DNA from: Owenia fusiformis
Lineage: Eukaryota
Reading direction: 5' to 3'
DNA: 64,000 nt
Assembly: GCA_903813345.2 (NCBI GenBank)
Contig: CAIIXF020000001.1
Span: forward strand, 10,664,001-10,728,000
Shown: positions 28,101 through 43,100 of the stretch, piece by piece
How the letters are laid out: each line of letters starts with the position of its first letter
How positions within the stretch are numbered: the stretch's first letter is position 1
Position numbers and translations under genes: made by a program
The notes under the pieces: generated by a model
What the model saw: only the letters and a program-made list of their open reading frames with translations
Database searches by the model: none
What the model was told of the DNA's origin: nothing

Positions 28101-31100
28101 ACAATTTTTTCCCCAGAGTGGGGTGTTTTTGGGGGGTGGGGGGCTAACTCCTCAAAAAAAGAACTTCCTACCACTCTGCGAAGCTATCACCTAGGTGGAA
28201 ATTTCATCCAAGACTCTCCCCTAACTGAAAATACTGCCAAACCAACTATACACCATTTATTGAGAATTTTCCTCCTCGCCCCTTGAGTAATAATATAATA
28301 TGTAAGCTTTTATTCTGCAAAACTGAGAATATCCAACAAAAATTAAGAAAATTAATCTAAAGTTAGAGGATTGTTTCTCTGGGTGACCCTGTATATTAAT
28401 AAATACTTACACGAGGAAGTAAACAAGGAGAAGTATAACAATGAGGACAACAACAGCCGCAATGACGATTCCAACAATAGCAGCTCCCAAAGCATCTTCT
28501 GTAGCTTGGTGCGATGACTGAATCTTAGCCTCAGTGGATACTGAAGCTCTGCCAGCATTAGTGTAGTTCCCTATGACATTCTGAAGCATAAATGATCATT
28601 TTATATGTATTGCATTTTATGATAATTGTGAGATTAATTTTCACTAATAATGCACTGACCTAGAGCACTGCATCGACCTACTAATTCTTTTGTGCATCGT
28701 GACCTACTGATTCTTAAGTGCATCGACCTACTAATTCCTTAGTATATTTCAAACCACACATGTATGTCATAATGATATTTTATTCTACAAATGCTTGGTT
28801 AATTTGACATAAATAGTACCATGGTTACTTAGGGGTCATAAAAAAATGATAAAATAAAAATGATGTCCATTTTGAATCAATGTTCACTTATAAAATTATG
28901 TAGTTTGACAATTTCAAGCCAGTTAATGTGATGCTTTTGGAGTAATGAGCAAAAAGAACTGAAAACATGACCTTTATTTTTGAGGATAAAAGTGGCAGAC
29001 ATTTTTGAATTTTACTATATATTTTGCCAATAAATGGACAACTGAAGACTTTTTATAGACACATTTTAAAAGTGAAACGATTTCAATTGCCATGAAGGAT
29101 TTCGAATTTGGTAACACATAGACAGACGGACAGACGAATGAATGGACAGACAGATTCAGATTAATTCTCACCTCTCCATCTTTGTACATAGTCCCAATAT
29201 GGAATTCATATGTTTCTCCAGGGTCAAGATGTCTGTTATTAAAGCCATTGTAATTCCTGTTATCTCCTATCGTGAACTCATTCTTTTCCGCGATCATACT
29301 CGGGAGCACATCCGCAGCAACATACTGATCTATATTCTGTGCTTTGGCTTGCTCATACGTCAGTGCTGTGTCATACATTTCTTCACTTGATCGTTTTTTC
29401 CTTCTATTTGGAATTTTTACAACTATAAATCTTATAAGACTGGAAAGCAAAAAAAACAGACGGATAAACATAAAAATAGACTCGAAAAAGTAGATTTTGT
29501 TTTACTGTAAAAGATGATCTCAGGGAAAAGGCTGTCAAGATGACCAGGCTAGTTGAAAGTGTGTATATTCACTTTTATTATTTTGGCCTGACTGCAAAAC
29601 CAATCACCACCCAGATCACCTTATACTCATTTGAAACTTGCAAATTATTCAATACTTTCACCATTTGCTAAAATATGGGTAATTTTAAGTAATGGTTACA
29701 GTTAAGGACACAATGCTATTTTAAAACCATGAATGTTGACTACCAACATCTGATTCTTGCAATATATCTAATATTTTAACAGTTATAAGAATGAACTTGG
29801 GTTTAAAAAAGGGTCATATGTTAACAAAGAGTATATTCAATATGTTTATCTAATTTGAGCTCAATTGAGTCATTTATCCACTTTATTCTCCCGATACTAT
29901 GTTTTTCAACAAAATTGTCAATATTTTAATATGGGGAATTAACAGTATATAGTAATACTACATCCACACTACATCCAAACACTCTACTTTTATAATTATG
30001 AAATATTTGCTCACTCTGGTTGGTCAATCCCTTGTGTGTACATAGCACCCTCTTTAAATGTGATGTCTACCATTCCGTTCATAGATTCCTTGTTACCATC
30101 ACCAACTTTAACTTTCATATCATCCTTTGGGATCGCAGGAGGAGCTACAATTGAATATTCAATACTATCAATGTACTGGTTCTTTACACATTTTAAATGA
30201 ATTTCTATCTGTCTGTATGCTTTCTGTTCCAATCCAAAAAGTGAGAATAGGAAACAATTCAAAATATGTTGCACAATGTGTAAAATTTAGAGAACAAGTT
30301 TTTATAAAATCACAGGAAAAATACTGAAGAATCCTAGCGCAACAGTGATGATAATGACATCATTGACAAGTTATTCTCTCACAATCATGTGACTTTTCTA
30401 TATGTTTATCTGAAATCAACATCCAACATTTTAGAACCTCTATTATATGTTAATATAATGTGTTTCTTGTTCAAATCCAGGGCTTACGTTTTTTCATTGT
30501 TTTCTGTGTGATTGGATTAGATGCAGGCCCCGGTCCAATACTTGTAGATGCACTAACAAAGCAAGAGTAGTTGCTTTCAGATTCAAGGTTGTCAACTCTT
30601 ATTTCCAAAGTTGAGCTGTCCACTGTACTTGATCGTTGGAAATCTGAGGACTGATCCTCACACTTGGCCTACAGACATAGTACAATGAAAATTAAACTCA
30701 TAGTAATATTATTTGTACACATGGAAATATCAAAATAGGTTCTAAATAAAGCTATAAAATCTTGCATCATCTATTACATTTAACTTTAAGTTAATGCAGG
30801 TCATGGAACTCTGAAAGGTATTCAACTAGTTCCACTTACAAAAAAGTTCCACTTTCAAAGGTGTTCCACTAACAAAGGAGTTCCACTTACAGAGGACCAC
30901 TACCTAAAAGCCTTTACTGTACATTAACTTGTGAACAACCACATCTATGTACTGTACTTTATACTCACCGTGTAGTTGGTGATGATACCATTCTTCTCAA
31001 GAGGTTCTTCATACTCTAATCTTATATAGTCACTGCCATGTGACAAACGTTTGAGATTCCTCGGGGCGCTTGGAACTGGAAAACATCATGAAAACCAAAT

Positions 31101-34100
31101 ACTAAATAGATAATCAGATTACTATTATTTTATTCAATTCAAGAACATTTCTAGCATTTTGAAGTAATACGTAACAATATACTACAGAAAAATGAGAGCG
31201 ACTTTTGGGAATGTATAGAAAATGGCTGAATGAAAATGTTTGAATTATCCTGTATGATATTAGTAGTTTTTACTTGAACATTAAATGGTCTTCTTTGAAA
31301 ATTCAGTCTTACAACAACACAATATTGATCAATTAAAAGTTCACCAGGAAATGTTGTTTACATAGATAATACTACAGATCCTTTAAATTACCCCCTTCTT
31401 GAGTTCTAAGTTCTCCAACACTGCTGTTTACACTGTAATCATCATCATTTGTAATTCTGATCTTGAATACATATGTGGTGAAGAAATCTAGAGCTGGGAT
31501 GGTATATTCAGGAGTTTTTGTGTCTTCCATTTGCATAGCACTCCAAACAGTGTCTTCTTCTCTCTTGTATAGGATCTCTACTTTAGTCAGACTGTTACAG
31601 CCCCATGTGTCCATAGGGGGATACTGGAAAATATGCCAAATGGTGAAATAGGAATTCAAATATTAATTAACTGAAACTGGAAAAGTACTATTGATATTCA
31701 TCAGAAATAATAAACCAGAACAACGGCAACGCCAAAGCGTAGCGAATCCCATCGAACAGCCTTGGCTGGCATTTTTACAAACAAAGTATATAGCAAAAAT
31801 GGCAGCCATTTTTCAAAATGGCCACCTTCTACCAAAAGTGTCATTAGACAGTGTGCCATACTTATAATATTCACATACCAAATATGAACAAAATCGCTCT
31901 ACTACTTTTCGAGTTATAGTAAAATGCGTTAAAATGGCGGCCATTTTCAAAAATGGCCACCTTCTACCAAAAGTGTCATTAGACAGTGTGCCATGCTTAT
32001 AGTATTCACATACCAAATATGAACAAAATCGCTCCACTACTTTTCAAGTTATAGTAAAATACATTAAAATGGCAGCTAATTTTCAAAATGTCCGCCATTT
32101 TTCAAAATGGCAGCCTTCTACCAAAAGTGTCATTAAAGACAGTGTGCCATGCTTATAGTATTCACATACCAAATATGAACAAAATCGCTCCACTACTTTT
32201 CGAGTTACAGCAAAAATCGTAAAATAACGAGTAAAGGCCGCCATTTTTTAAGATGGCTGCCATGTGCTTTTTTAATATCTACATTTCTAGCTTTATTAAT
32301 GTCTTACATAATTTTTTACATTTAAAACATATTGCTATTACAGTTTTACATATTGCACCTAAATTACTGTAAAATCGGTACTAAAATGGCCGCCATTTTT
32401 AAATGAACAGCCATTTTGAAAATCGGCTTTCGAGCAGAACTTCTAACCCCATAGGGTATGTGTGTACAAAATATGAACAAAATCGGGCCAACGGTATTTG
32501 AGACTTGAGTTATTGCCCGGACAGACGGATGGACGTACGTACAGACGTACGTACGGACGGACGGAGGCGTTCCCTATATCCCTCCGAACTTCGTTCGATG
32601 GGATAATTAAAGTAATGGCTTGATATTTCATATGTTGTATAAATATTTAAAGTCTTACAGTCCAAGTGAGCTTGACAGAAGTTTTTGGACTTTCACTAGC
32701 TGAAACACTGTCTGTTATATTGCATCCTTCTGTGGGAGCTGGAAAAAAAATTAAAAAATTTAAATTTAAAAGGTAACAGTTTCTGCAACATTTTCTTATC
32801 ATTTCTTATTATGTTCATTTATTTTACATATAAGATTTCGATAGCTGAGGCATAAAGGACTATTGTCAGACTCCATATTAAAACCATGCTTTGCCTCATT
32901 TATAAAAGATATATTCTCATCTGGATTTTCAGCATAAAAGAGAGATCAAGGACTAGTAACTAATGTAAAGCAGAAAAAACATGAGGCCACCTTCAAAGAG
33001 ATGCACAAAGCGCGATACAATACCAAAACAATTATGTTAATTTTATGATAACCTCCACATAGGGTTGTTCCTTCAGCTCCTCTTGGTCCTGGTCTCCCTT
33101 GGTAAAGCTGACCTTTATACTCAGAGTAAATCACAACCCTGAATGCATAGGCCTTATTAGTAGCAAGGCCAGTAACAACCGTTGTATTTGTATTGCCTTC
33201 TCTTATATGGTCCACCTGACAAGAGATTAAATCTATAATTAACATTTTTGACTTTTAACTTTATTTTGATGCCTTTCTACTTATTACAAGTAATTTAATA
33301 CAATGAATAATGACAAAATTGAATATTGTATGTGAAGTACTTCAAAATCACAGATATCATAGCCTCAAGTTAATTAATGCACATGTATTGCATTTACTTG
33401 TCTTGTACAATAACACCAAAGTGTTCTTCCAAAGTGTGTTACCTTAGGTCCATCGGTGCATATGTCCCCCACACGAGGTACATCACAGTACTGTACAATG
33501 TAATGCTTTATAGTGACTTTGTCTGCATCACCTGCATCCACTCCTGATGTCCACTGGTTGAATGTTACACTGATTGAATCAGATGTAACACTTCCTTCAG
33601 CTAACACTGGTGGCTTTGTCATAACAGGCAGATCTAATGAACACAAAATATTGTTGTAGCAACAGCATCAATATGTTTTTGTACATTAGTTTTGGATATT
33701 GAACTCTGATGACCGTAAAATTAAAACAAAATTCCAATTGTATTGTTTCTCATGTATACTCTCATCTTTTGTGAATCTGAACATCTCAATATACATGACA
33801 ACCTTTCACTTCTCTGTATTACCTTTAGTCAAAGAGTTGTACAAGGGAAATAAAGTGATGAATGAGACAATCACCTTTGCAGAGTTCTTAAACATTTTCG
33901 GATTGAAATTCCTTGACATATTCAGGGAACAATATGAATTTTCAGAGCCGTTTTGCTTTGCACTGCTTCAAGAAACTCATTTCATCTTAATTTCCCTTAC
34001 ATTTTCAGGTCTGCAAGAACAACAATTTGCGACTGTTTTGGTCACTCTTAACTTAAAAGTCTCTTTGCATTACAATCAAAATATTGATATTGTATTTTAT

Positions 34101-37100
34101 TGGACTTACATATATCACATAGAGCACCTAAGTAGTAATCTGCACAACCACAAGAGCCATCAAATCTATCACATGTGCCCCCTGAGCATCCATCATCACA
34201 CCTTTGCTCACAGTTGTCTCCCCAGTAACCACTGGAGCATGCTAAAATATGTGTTTATAACACATGTAATCATAGTTGACAGAAGAAGAATAAATTACTA
34301 GTAAGCCAATCAGTGGGGTCTAACAACTAAACTTCAAATTAGTTGTCCCAGCCATTTTTTCTTCAATTTTAGAAAATGAAAGAATTTGTCCACATGCAAA
34401 CAAATGGGGGTAAATACAATAGTTTGACAATTATGCTTATTTTTCATCTATTCACCACCTTTTAAGGCTGCTGTCAATCATCTTGAGGCCAGAGGTGAAT
34501 CTGAGTTATGGTACATGCACTACACTAACATATTTTACTATGAGATCCTACCTCTCTGACAAGGTCCATTGTCTGCATCATCTGTCCATCCTGCACCACA
34601 ACCATTGCTACATTCTCCAGTTGCTTTGTCACATACATCATTGTTCTTACAATGACATGTCTTGTCACATCCACTTCCAAATGTACCTGCGTCACATGCT
34701 GTAACAAAGCAGGAAAAGGTTAAATGATGTTGTTTTTTATAAGGTCTGACTGGAGAATTTTAAAATAATTTTGCATTTGGTTCCTAATTATCTCCATAAA
34801 ATGACTTACTACTTGTACATACAGTACAATACCAATACTAGATGTACCTCAACTTTTTTCCATGAAAATAATATAGAAATCTAAATTATATTAGATCATA
34901 TTCATCAAATGAAAATCATATACACATGATGGATTGTGGTTTGGGGTAATATTTGGAAACACTTTCGGAATGAACAGGTTACTATTTGTGAAAATTGAAT
35001 ACAATACTATCATCTCTAATGGACCTACAATAATGATATAATCATATAGACGAACAGTGACTTCACTGCATCAATAAATATCATAATACCCCTTTTAAGT
35101 TACATACATATTGTCCCTTGAGATAAAACACAAATACAACACTTGAGAATAAAAAAAGAATATTGAAAAGTAAGACTGTTTATCATCTACAAGAGCGTAT
35201 TTGTTAATGTACATCTTTAGAATGGTTGATATTGACTTCAATTTCAGCATTATGACATACTGTACAGTACCAAAACTCTGCATCAAAGTACCACAGCATT
35301 ATTGTTCTCGATTCAGAGAGGTTTCCAGTGAGTATCTCCAATAGATATTCTAATTGGCAATCCTCAATATATTAGTAGGTGTTGGACAGTTTGTGATGGT
35401 CTAAATTATTAATTTCGCTCTTATTAATTCAGGTCTCCCTATAGCACAATAGCAATGTGAATGCCAAGAACATGTAATTATTTACAAGCATTAATGTTCA
35501 ATTGCTGCCATTTGGCAGGTTGTATTGTTATTCTTAACTTATGTTTAACTTCGGGGATAAGTTAGTTCATTATAATTAAATATGTATGATTGACTGGAGG
35601 TATGACTAATATACGATCTGTTCAAGTAAAATAATTGTATTCAGTCAAGCATAACTGCAGACTTATTTCAAGCATCCGTGACCCAAAAATGAGCACATTT
35701 CCACCTTCCCGATGGGTATATATAATATACATAATATGGATAAGCAATATTCAAGATTAATAAAAACCTGATATAAATAAAAACAAGCATTAATGATGAG
35801 CCATCATACACACCTAGAGTTTTCAATAGAATGTAAACCAAATTTTAGAAGATTTCAATACCCGCAGTGTTGTGATGATTTGCTTTAAAATGAATTGAAG
35901 CAAAATTTATAAGTGGCGTGCACATTCAGAATGACTCAAGATAGGAAGTTCTATCATCACACTTCTTTTCACAGCCATACAAACATCTATTTTATTTTCT
36001 ATATCTGATTGAATGCACAATGACACACCTTTGACCTCTGTATTGAAATTAAAAATTCATGGGAAAAATGTAAGCCTTCTCTGTGAATAGCACTTATAGC
36101 ATATTCTAGTTATGAGCAAAAATTGCCCTCAGCTTAATATGAAAACATGATTTCTGATTCATACTGTAGATTTATCCAGACATTAATTAATGTCAGAAAG
36201 AGTTTTGAATGTTTTACTAAGGTGTGGAACATTCATGAGAACAAGGGAGTAAATATACACCCTTGATCATATATATAGAATATTGGGTAATTCACAAAAA
36301 AATATATATTGTCCTAACTATAACAATTACAAAAAGTTAATTGTAGGAAATTGCAAGAATGATTGTTTAGGTAAAAAATACTGTCTACTACTGTCTGGGT
36401 AAAATAAGTTTTCCAGGAAATCTTTATTAATCTCGAGAATATGTTCTTTAACCAGAGTATTCTTAAAGATTTCAATGGATTTTAACAGATTAATTCCTAA
36501 AAAATGAAAAATGTTGTAAATTACAAATGTGTTTGGTTTATTTTTCTGACCAGTCTATGAAGAAATATTTCTTTGCCATTCATTAAAATTTGAGAGGGCA
36601 TTGAAAATGATGAAATCAATGGTTCATTGGAAAACATTCCATACATATGAGCAACAGTGTATTAAGATCACAATGACTTCTACTGTGTTGAAAGACCACA
36701 CAAACATGACAAAGATTTGTCATTTACATCGTTACAACATTATTTTGCTGCCTTAAAATAATATTAAAGGTGAAAAGTACAGGGTGTTATAAGCCAAGGT
36801 ACATAAAATTGGCTGTTTACTGTTATTTTTAACTTGTTATTTGCAGATGGATTTTCTGAACTTTAAATTATGTTTACTTTCATATTTTATTCATATAATT
36901 AAACATTCCATGTTAATAATCAATAGAATTTGAATAAAATCAATAGATTAAAGCGAACACACACAATATGATTCAATATCATAACAAATACTAGAAACAG
37001 CTTTGTTTCTGATATATTAAATACATATTGACCAATTAAAATAAATTCTGCTTAAGTTAATCTTATCAAAATACCAGGATTGTTTTTGCACATGTATTTG

Positions 37101-40100
37101 TATTCATTTTATTGGATTTGAGAACCATATGTTTTCCAAATCCTAAAATTACTTGAGTTTATATCTACTGATGTAAAAAAACAAGTATATTAATGTAAAC
37201 AGGTATATTGAGGTGAATATATAATTTAACAACACAATATCCGTGGATTACATGTAGTTTTCCTTTAAATGAGCCACTGATATAAAAATGTACTTAAATA
37301 AATATAAGATCATAAACACTTATTATTTAAAGAGGATTATTAACCAACCTATTACACGGGCATACGTGTATATGTTAAGTACATAAGTCCATCAACATGA
37401 TCATGTGGATGAATCGTTTTTGGATGTATTACTCTTTTGAAATATTGTTCCTATGTTCACAAAGTCACAGTAATATGAAGGATGAGTTTACTTACTAGTA
37501 TTTTAAGCAACCCACATTCATATTAAAGTCAAAAGAATGAAACAACAATATATCCTATATTTACTACAAAATTTTCGGAAATCAAATACCAAAAGAATAT
37601 AAATGTGAAAAACTATAGTAATACATTTATGCTTCTACATAAAAGTGCATAAAAGTTATATTGACATGAGTTTTTGACACATATTTTACCCTCCCAATGT
37701 CTACTCAAAAAATGATTTTAGAAATTAAAATCCTCAGTTACGCCAATTTTAGATAGAAAAGTTCACAACTTTGATTAACCAATCTGATGATAGTACTGCA
37801 TTAAGGTGAATAAGGATACATAGTATATAGTCCACCCGTATAGCTCAGCGGTAGAGCATGTACCTCCTACGCAATTGGTCCCGGATTCGAACCCCCGTTC
37901 AGGCAAGACTTAATTTGCTTGTTTGCGTAAAGTACTTCAGGGTGTTTGACTGAGTGGTCCACAACTCATATAAAAGGCTGTTGTATGTACTTGTATGCCT
38001 ATGTATAAGTGCACATAAAAGAACACAGAGTTCCTTCAAGGAGGGACTTCTGGGTCTATCTTCCAGGATAATTAGGTAAATTACGACCATATAGATATAC
38101 TCAAGAAGTATTGCTCACCATCATTAATGGTTAACAAAATACAATACACTTCATGGATTGTAAATTATTTGAGGTAAAGGTACATTGTGTACTTTCTTTC
38201 ACAACAATTTAAACCACTTTAGTGCAACTTAGAGTGTCATTGTGACATTGTAACAATGTCTTTCTTTGTTGCGGCTTTATGTATATTTACAATTTCTTAA
38301 AAAAGTGACATGGATTTTAAAGAATCTATAATGTATGCATAATAGATTCCTCGAAATTCAACTTTAAAATGATACAATACATATCAAATGCATTATCAAG
38401 TTGCAAAATATCACACCATCAGGTTGTGTATAAACTAGAAAACAGCAACTCCCCAGTGTAGCAGACCCCACAGAGCAAAATATATTTTATCACATCACTT
38501 GTCATTTTGAACATTTCATGATACAAATAACCAGGTGGTAGTAACATGGACATACGGCTTCTCTATATCCCTCACAAACTACCTTCAATGAGATACTATA
38601 GTAATTCAATCTTCAGTATGACACACACACATTTCTATAAAACACTCCTCCCAAATGAATTGAGGTTACCTACCTTGGTCACACCCTGTGCCCTTCCACC
38701 CAGCAGCACAGCCAGATGTACAGACTCCTGTCCACTTGTCACAATGCTCTGAACTGTCCTTACAATGACACCGGGAGGCACATGTGGAGCCAAAGTATCC
38801 CTTTTCACACACTGCAAATATCGTATAACACAAATGAATTTTTACATATGTGTTTGTAATGTACCATTAGAAATGATTCCGAGGTAATTTTCTTTTATTA
38901 CTATTTTTGTGGATGTGGGTTGATATTCTTTGTTAACATTCGAAAGTTCAAGAAAAGCAGGCAGAAAAATGAAATTAACTGTGACAACATCCGTAAACAT
39001 CCGCTAAATTTTGTTGAAAGAGGTTTAAAATCACCACCCAGCATATTCAAATGAAAGAGCCATGCAAATTTGCTTTTATAATTCTACCTAAGAACACAAT
39101 GTGCCTCTTCCACTTTGGAAGTGGAAACTCTGAAGAACATGAACTAAATTTGTAGTAAGTATAACTTACCATTTATCTTCACCTCACACAGAGACAGTAT
39201 AGTTTTAGAGTTTGTAACTCCCCTTCTGATGATCACCCAGTTTCTCTCTATGTTACTCAAGAACATGATCTTAATTTGAAGTTATTATGGCTTACCATTT
39301 ATCTTCACTTCACACAGAGACAGTATAGTTTTAGGACCTCCTCCTCTCCTGATGATCACCCAGTTTCCCTCTAAGTTACTGTCACATTGTACTACTCGGG
39401 TTTCTTTGTTTGGTAAAGTTTCTGTTCTACATAGAGCATTCTGATTGTAGTCCTGATCACTTCCCACATAGATCTTATATTCTACACTTGAGCTTGATGC
39501 TGCATCCAAAATATATAAATAAATTTTAATACATTTTCAACAGTAATAGGCAACAGCTAATGAACATATATGCATGGACTCATCAACAATTTCAACCAAA
39601 TACAGTTGGATGTAGTTAATTGGTGATAAATAATGAAAATGCACAACACAACACAATCAATGCCATGTTACAGGCACACTAAAGATGTATGTGGTATTTT
39701 GCAATTGTAGTTAGCCTCATATTATGAATGTTGAAACAAAATGGATAGACATCATGGTTTATATAGTTATGTTACTTTGTAGGACATGCTTCTATATATT
39801 CAATGAGAAGAATTCTCATTTATAGATAAATTGATATAATGCGTAAGTGTGACATCAAGGAACATCCAAGAAAAGCAGCACATAACTAACTGTTCTATGA
39901 ATGTTCATTCCATCTCAGAGTTCAATTTAAACTCTGAAATTCAATACATTTGATAAGTGTAAGAAACTGTTGTGTTTGCACTTATATGATAACTTACCTT
40001 GTTTGAAGTATGTGTAGCGATTGCCTCTTCCTTTAGAGTCAGGCTGAGCTGTAGTACCACAATTCATGCTACTGAATGCATAACATCCCTTTATTCCATC

Positions 40101-43100
40101 ACTAGCAGGTTCCATAGCAATCTGGAATCCTTTACAATCATCTCTACCCCTGCATCCTTCCAGGCAGGTTGAGAAGTCAAATTGTCCATTTGTTGTCAAA
40201 TCATTTATTGTAGGCCCTGTACAAGTTCCATTTTGAGCATCAAATAATGGATCTGAAAAATTATTTCTGTGAAATATTTCAACAACAAAAAGAAGTATTG
40301 GAAAGAGATACATTTGTAATTTCAGATCAAACAACACCAAAAGGTCTACCTTTTGCTTGTGTAGTAATCTCAATATTATTAATCTGATGACTTCCATCCA
40401 GCGGAACCCTCCAGTAGGGACCATCATCTGCATTGGTCTGGGAACATGTTGCAACGTTAAGATCATTTGCTCTGAAGGCATTGTAAGCAGATTCTATCTT
40501 ATTGTAGCTGGTATCAAACTGGTAGTAGCTTGAAGATTGCTCAGGTGACCTGCCCTGTGCCATGTTCACATAGCCACCATCTGGAAATCAAGAATCAAAG
40601 GTGAAAATTGGTCATGTTTAGCAGGTAGTATCTACTAACATGACAATCTTATTCATGTAAATGTTGCTACAAGCACATGGTCAATATCTTTAAGTAAAAG
40701 AAATATGTGACACTCAGAAAGAAATGGAATCATATTTAGAAAGAAACTTTAATTAGGCAGCATTTGAATATCACAAAGAATACAAATGTTTGAACTGCAT
40801 CATTTGAGCAACATAAGGCCATATCAATAAATGAAATTGATACGCTTGATAGAATTACAGACCAGTATGAAGCATGTCAGGCAAATTCAAAACCTTCGAG
40901 AAAGGTTCATGCTCATGATGTAATTTCTCAGTATGTACTTAGTATTGAAATGAGACTGATGCAATCAGGCATTGGAACTTACTATATATTAATTTGGTAC
41001 CATTTTAAAGCACATTTTATGTTTTCCAATACTTGGTGATGAATATTTATAAAAACACGCCTGGTGATCGTACAAAATGGATGGGGGGGATTAGGCGATT
41101 TCTGCAAAAAAAAACTCAACAAATTTGGAAGATCTATTTTTTCAAGAGAAAATTTACAACTGAATTGCCAAATGAATAGGCATGTTAGGTCATCTAGTAT
41201 TTTTTTTGAACTGATACCCTTCTAAGATATGAGATCTATTGAAAAAGGCGCATCATCACCAACGTGCAAAAGTCAATGTTTTTGCTATAAATCGGGCAAC
41301 AATGGTCTACACGACCTGTAATAAATAGGTATAAGGGACGTTATTATCACCATACTTATGACATTGCTCACTTTTTAAAGTTAGTTTCCATGCGTTATAC
41401 AAAAAATAATCGAAATAAATTAATATTGGATGGAGTGGGGATCACGTGTATGTAAGACATGCTACTTGAATTTATTCTTATGACTCCAAATTTTCCCATT
41501 TTTCATTCTCCAAAGATATAATATCCAGTTTCTTACTGGGGTACTGAGTTTAGTTTTTTCAAATACACGAGTTCTTATGAATTTGTTGACATATAAATCT
41601 TGAAATATCTTGATAAATCTATAAAAAATTGAGTTTTCTTGCAGAAATCGCCTAATCCCCCTCCATCCATTTTGTACGATCACCAGGCGTAAAAAAGCAC
41701 CAGTTGTGAATGATAGATAGAACCAGCCAATATGAACTTCAGTACATGTATACCAATTACAGGGATGAAATATTTATATTCAACCACATGTTATCATGCA
41801 ATGATTCCACATGCGTGTTCATGTGCAGTATGTCATGGATATGACTGTGTTTTGCATAATGATATTGGAATATTAATGTAAATGCCAACATGGGTAAATT
41901 AAGCCTCATGGTCTTGTCTTTACTCAATTAAATCTTTCATCCAGTATACCCCTTCCTTCCCACTGGCGGATCCTGGTGCGGGCCCAGAACAAAATTTTAG
42001 GGTGCCAAAATGTTTGTAGGGCCTCAAAAATAGGCCTTCTTGGACATTATTTTAGACCAAGTTTTCAAAAAAGGGCCTTGAATTTTCAAAATTTGGGCCC
42101 AATTTTTGGTTTCAGGGGGCCAAATGTGCGGAAAAATTTCCTGACTCAAACTTTGGGCCCCCCTTGTTAGCTTCTGGATCCGCCGTTGCCTCCTCTTAGC
42201 ACAAGTTAGAAGAGGAATAAGGAGTACAGTGGTTTCATCAATTGATGCAAGAGTACTGACTGTTGTAATTCCCCAAATATGAAACAGACAACATGGGTGT
42301 CATCATTTCAATTTCCAACGTTTAAAGCTTCTCAAAGCATATTTATATAAGTATGCATATGTATATAAAGAGTACCAGGGACCTTTGTGCACATCCTTCA
42401 TTATTTACCTAAAGTTAATCTACTGTGAAACAATCAGATATCAGGGCTTAAGACTCGCAAATTGTAAACAAGAATAAAAAAATACCTGTAATTTCCACCA
42501 GTGCTGATTTGTTGTACCTGTTTTTGAATAGCATCATGAGATTAACAAACTGACATCTGATTACCCTACTAAGTTCAAAAACTTATATCCTAGAAAACTT
42601 ACCAGTACAAGTTCATGGTTTAATACAGGTAGCTATTTTAGGAACTTGGCAAAAATGTAACAAGTAGTATCAAGAGTTCGAACCCTGCTAATTTTGTGAC
42701 AATATGTTGGAATAAGAATAAAAAGAACTCAATTATTAATTACATCTGGCAATGTTTCTTTATATAATAGTAATATGATGAAGCTACAATTTAAAGACTA
42801 CATCACATTAAAGACATGTCTGTTTACATCTGTAATTATATACAGATATATACAAGTTTATCAGAACTTAAGTACCATGAGATCAGGATGACATTACTAG
42901 TTATCAACCCACTCATATTTTGACTCAGGATATATGTATGAAAACCAGTTTTCTGCAAGTTGAAACAACCTTTGACAAACATATGAGAAATACAATTAAA
43001 GAATCTGATATCTGTTCATAAGAACACCACCCTAATGATACATCAGTTTATGAATTAGCACTACTTGCTTTAAGCTTGAAGTGCTACATCAACAATTAGT

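Noticed and set aside
33699-34301. 200-aa plus-strand ORF
   Set aside because: Antisense to RPTP exon 7 and intron, non-ATG start, no domain features
37831-37905. tRNA gene
   Set aside because: A and B boxes are present, but acceptor and anticodon stems pair poorly; treated as a SINE head
42486-42517. 32-nt candidate exon in intron 1
   Set aside because: Breaks the phase; exon 1 joins exon 2 directly
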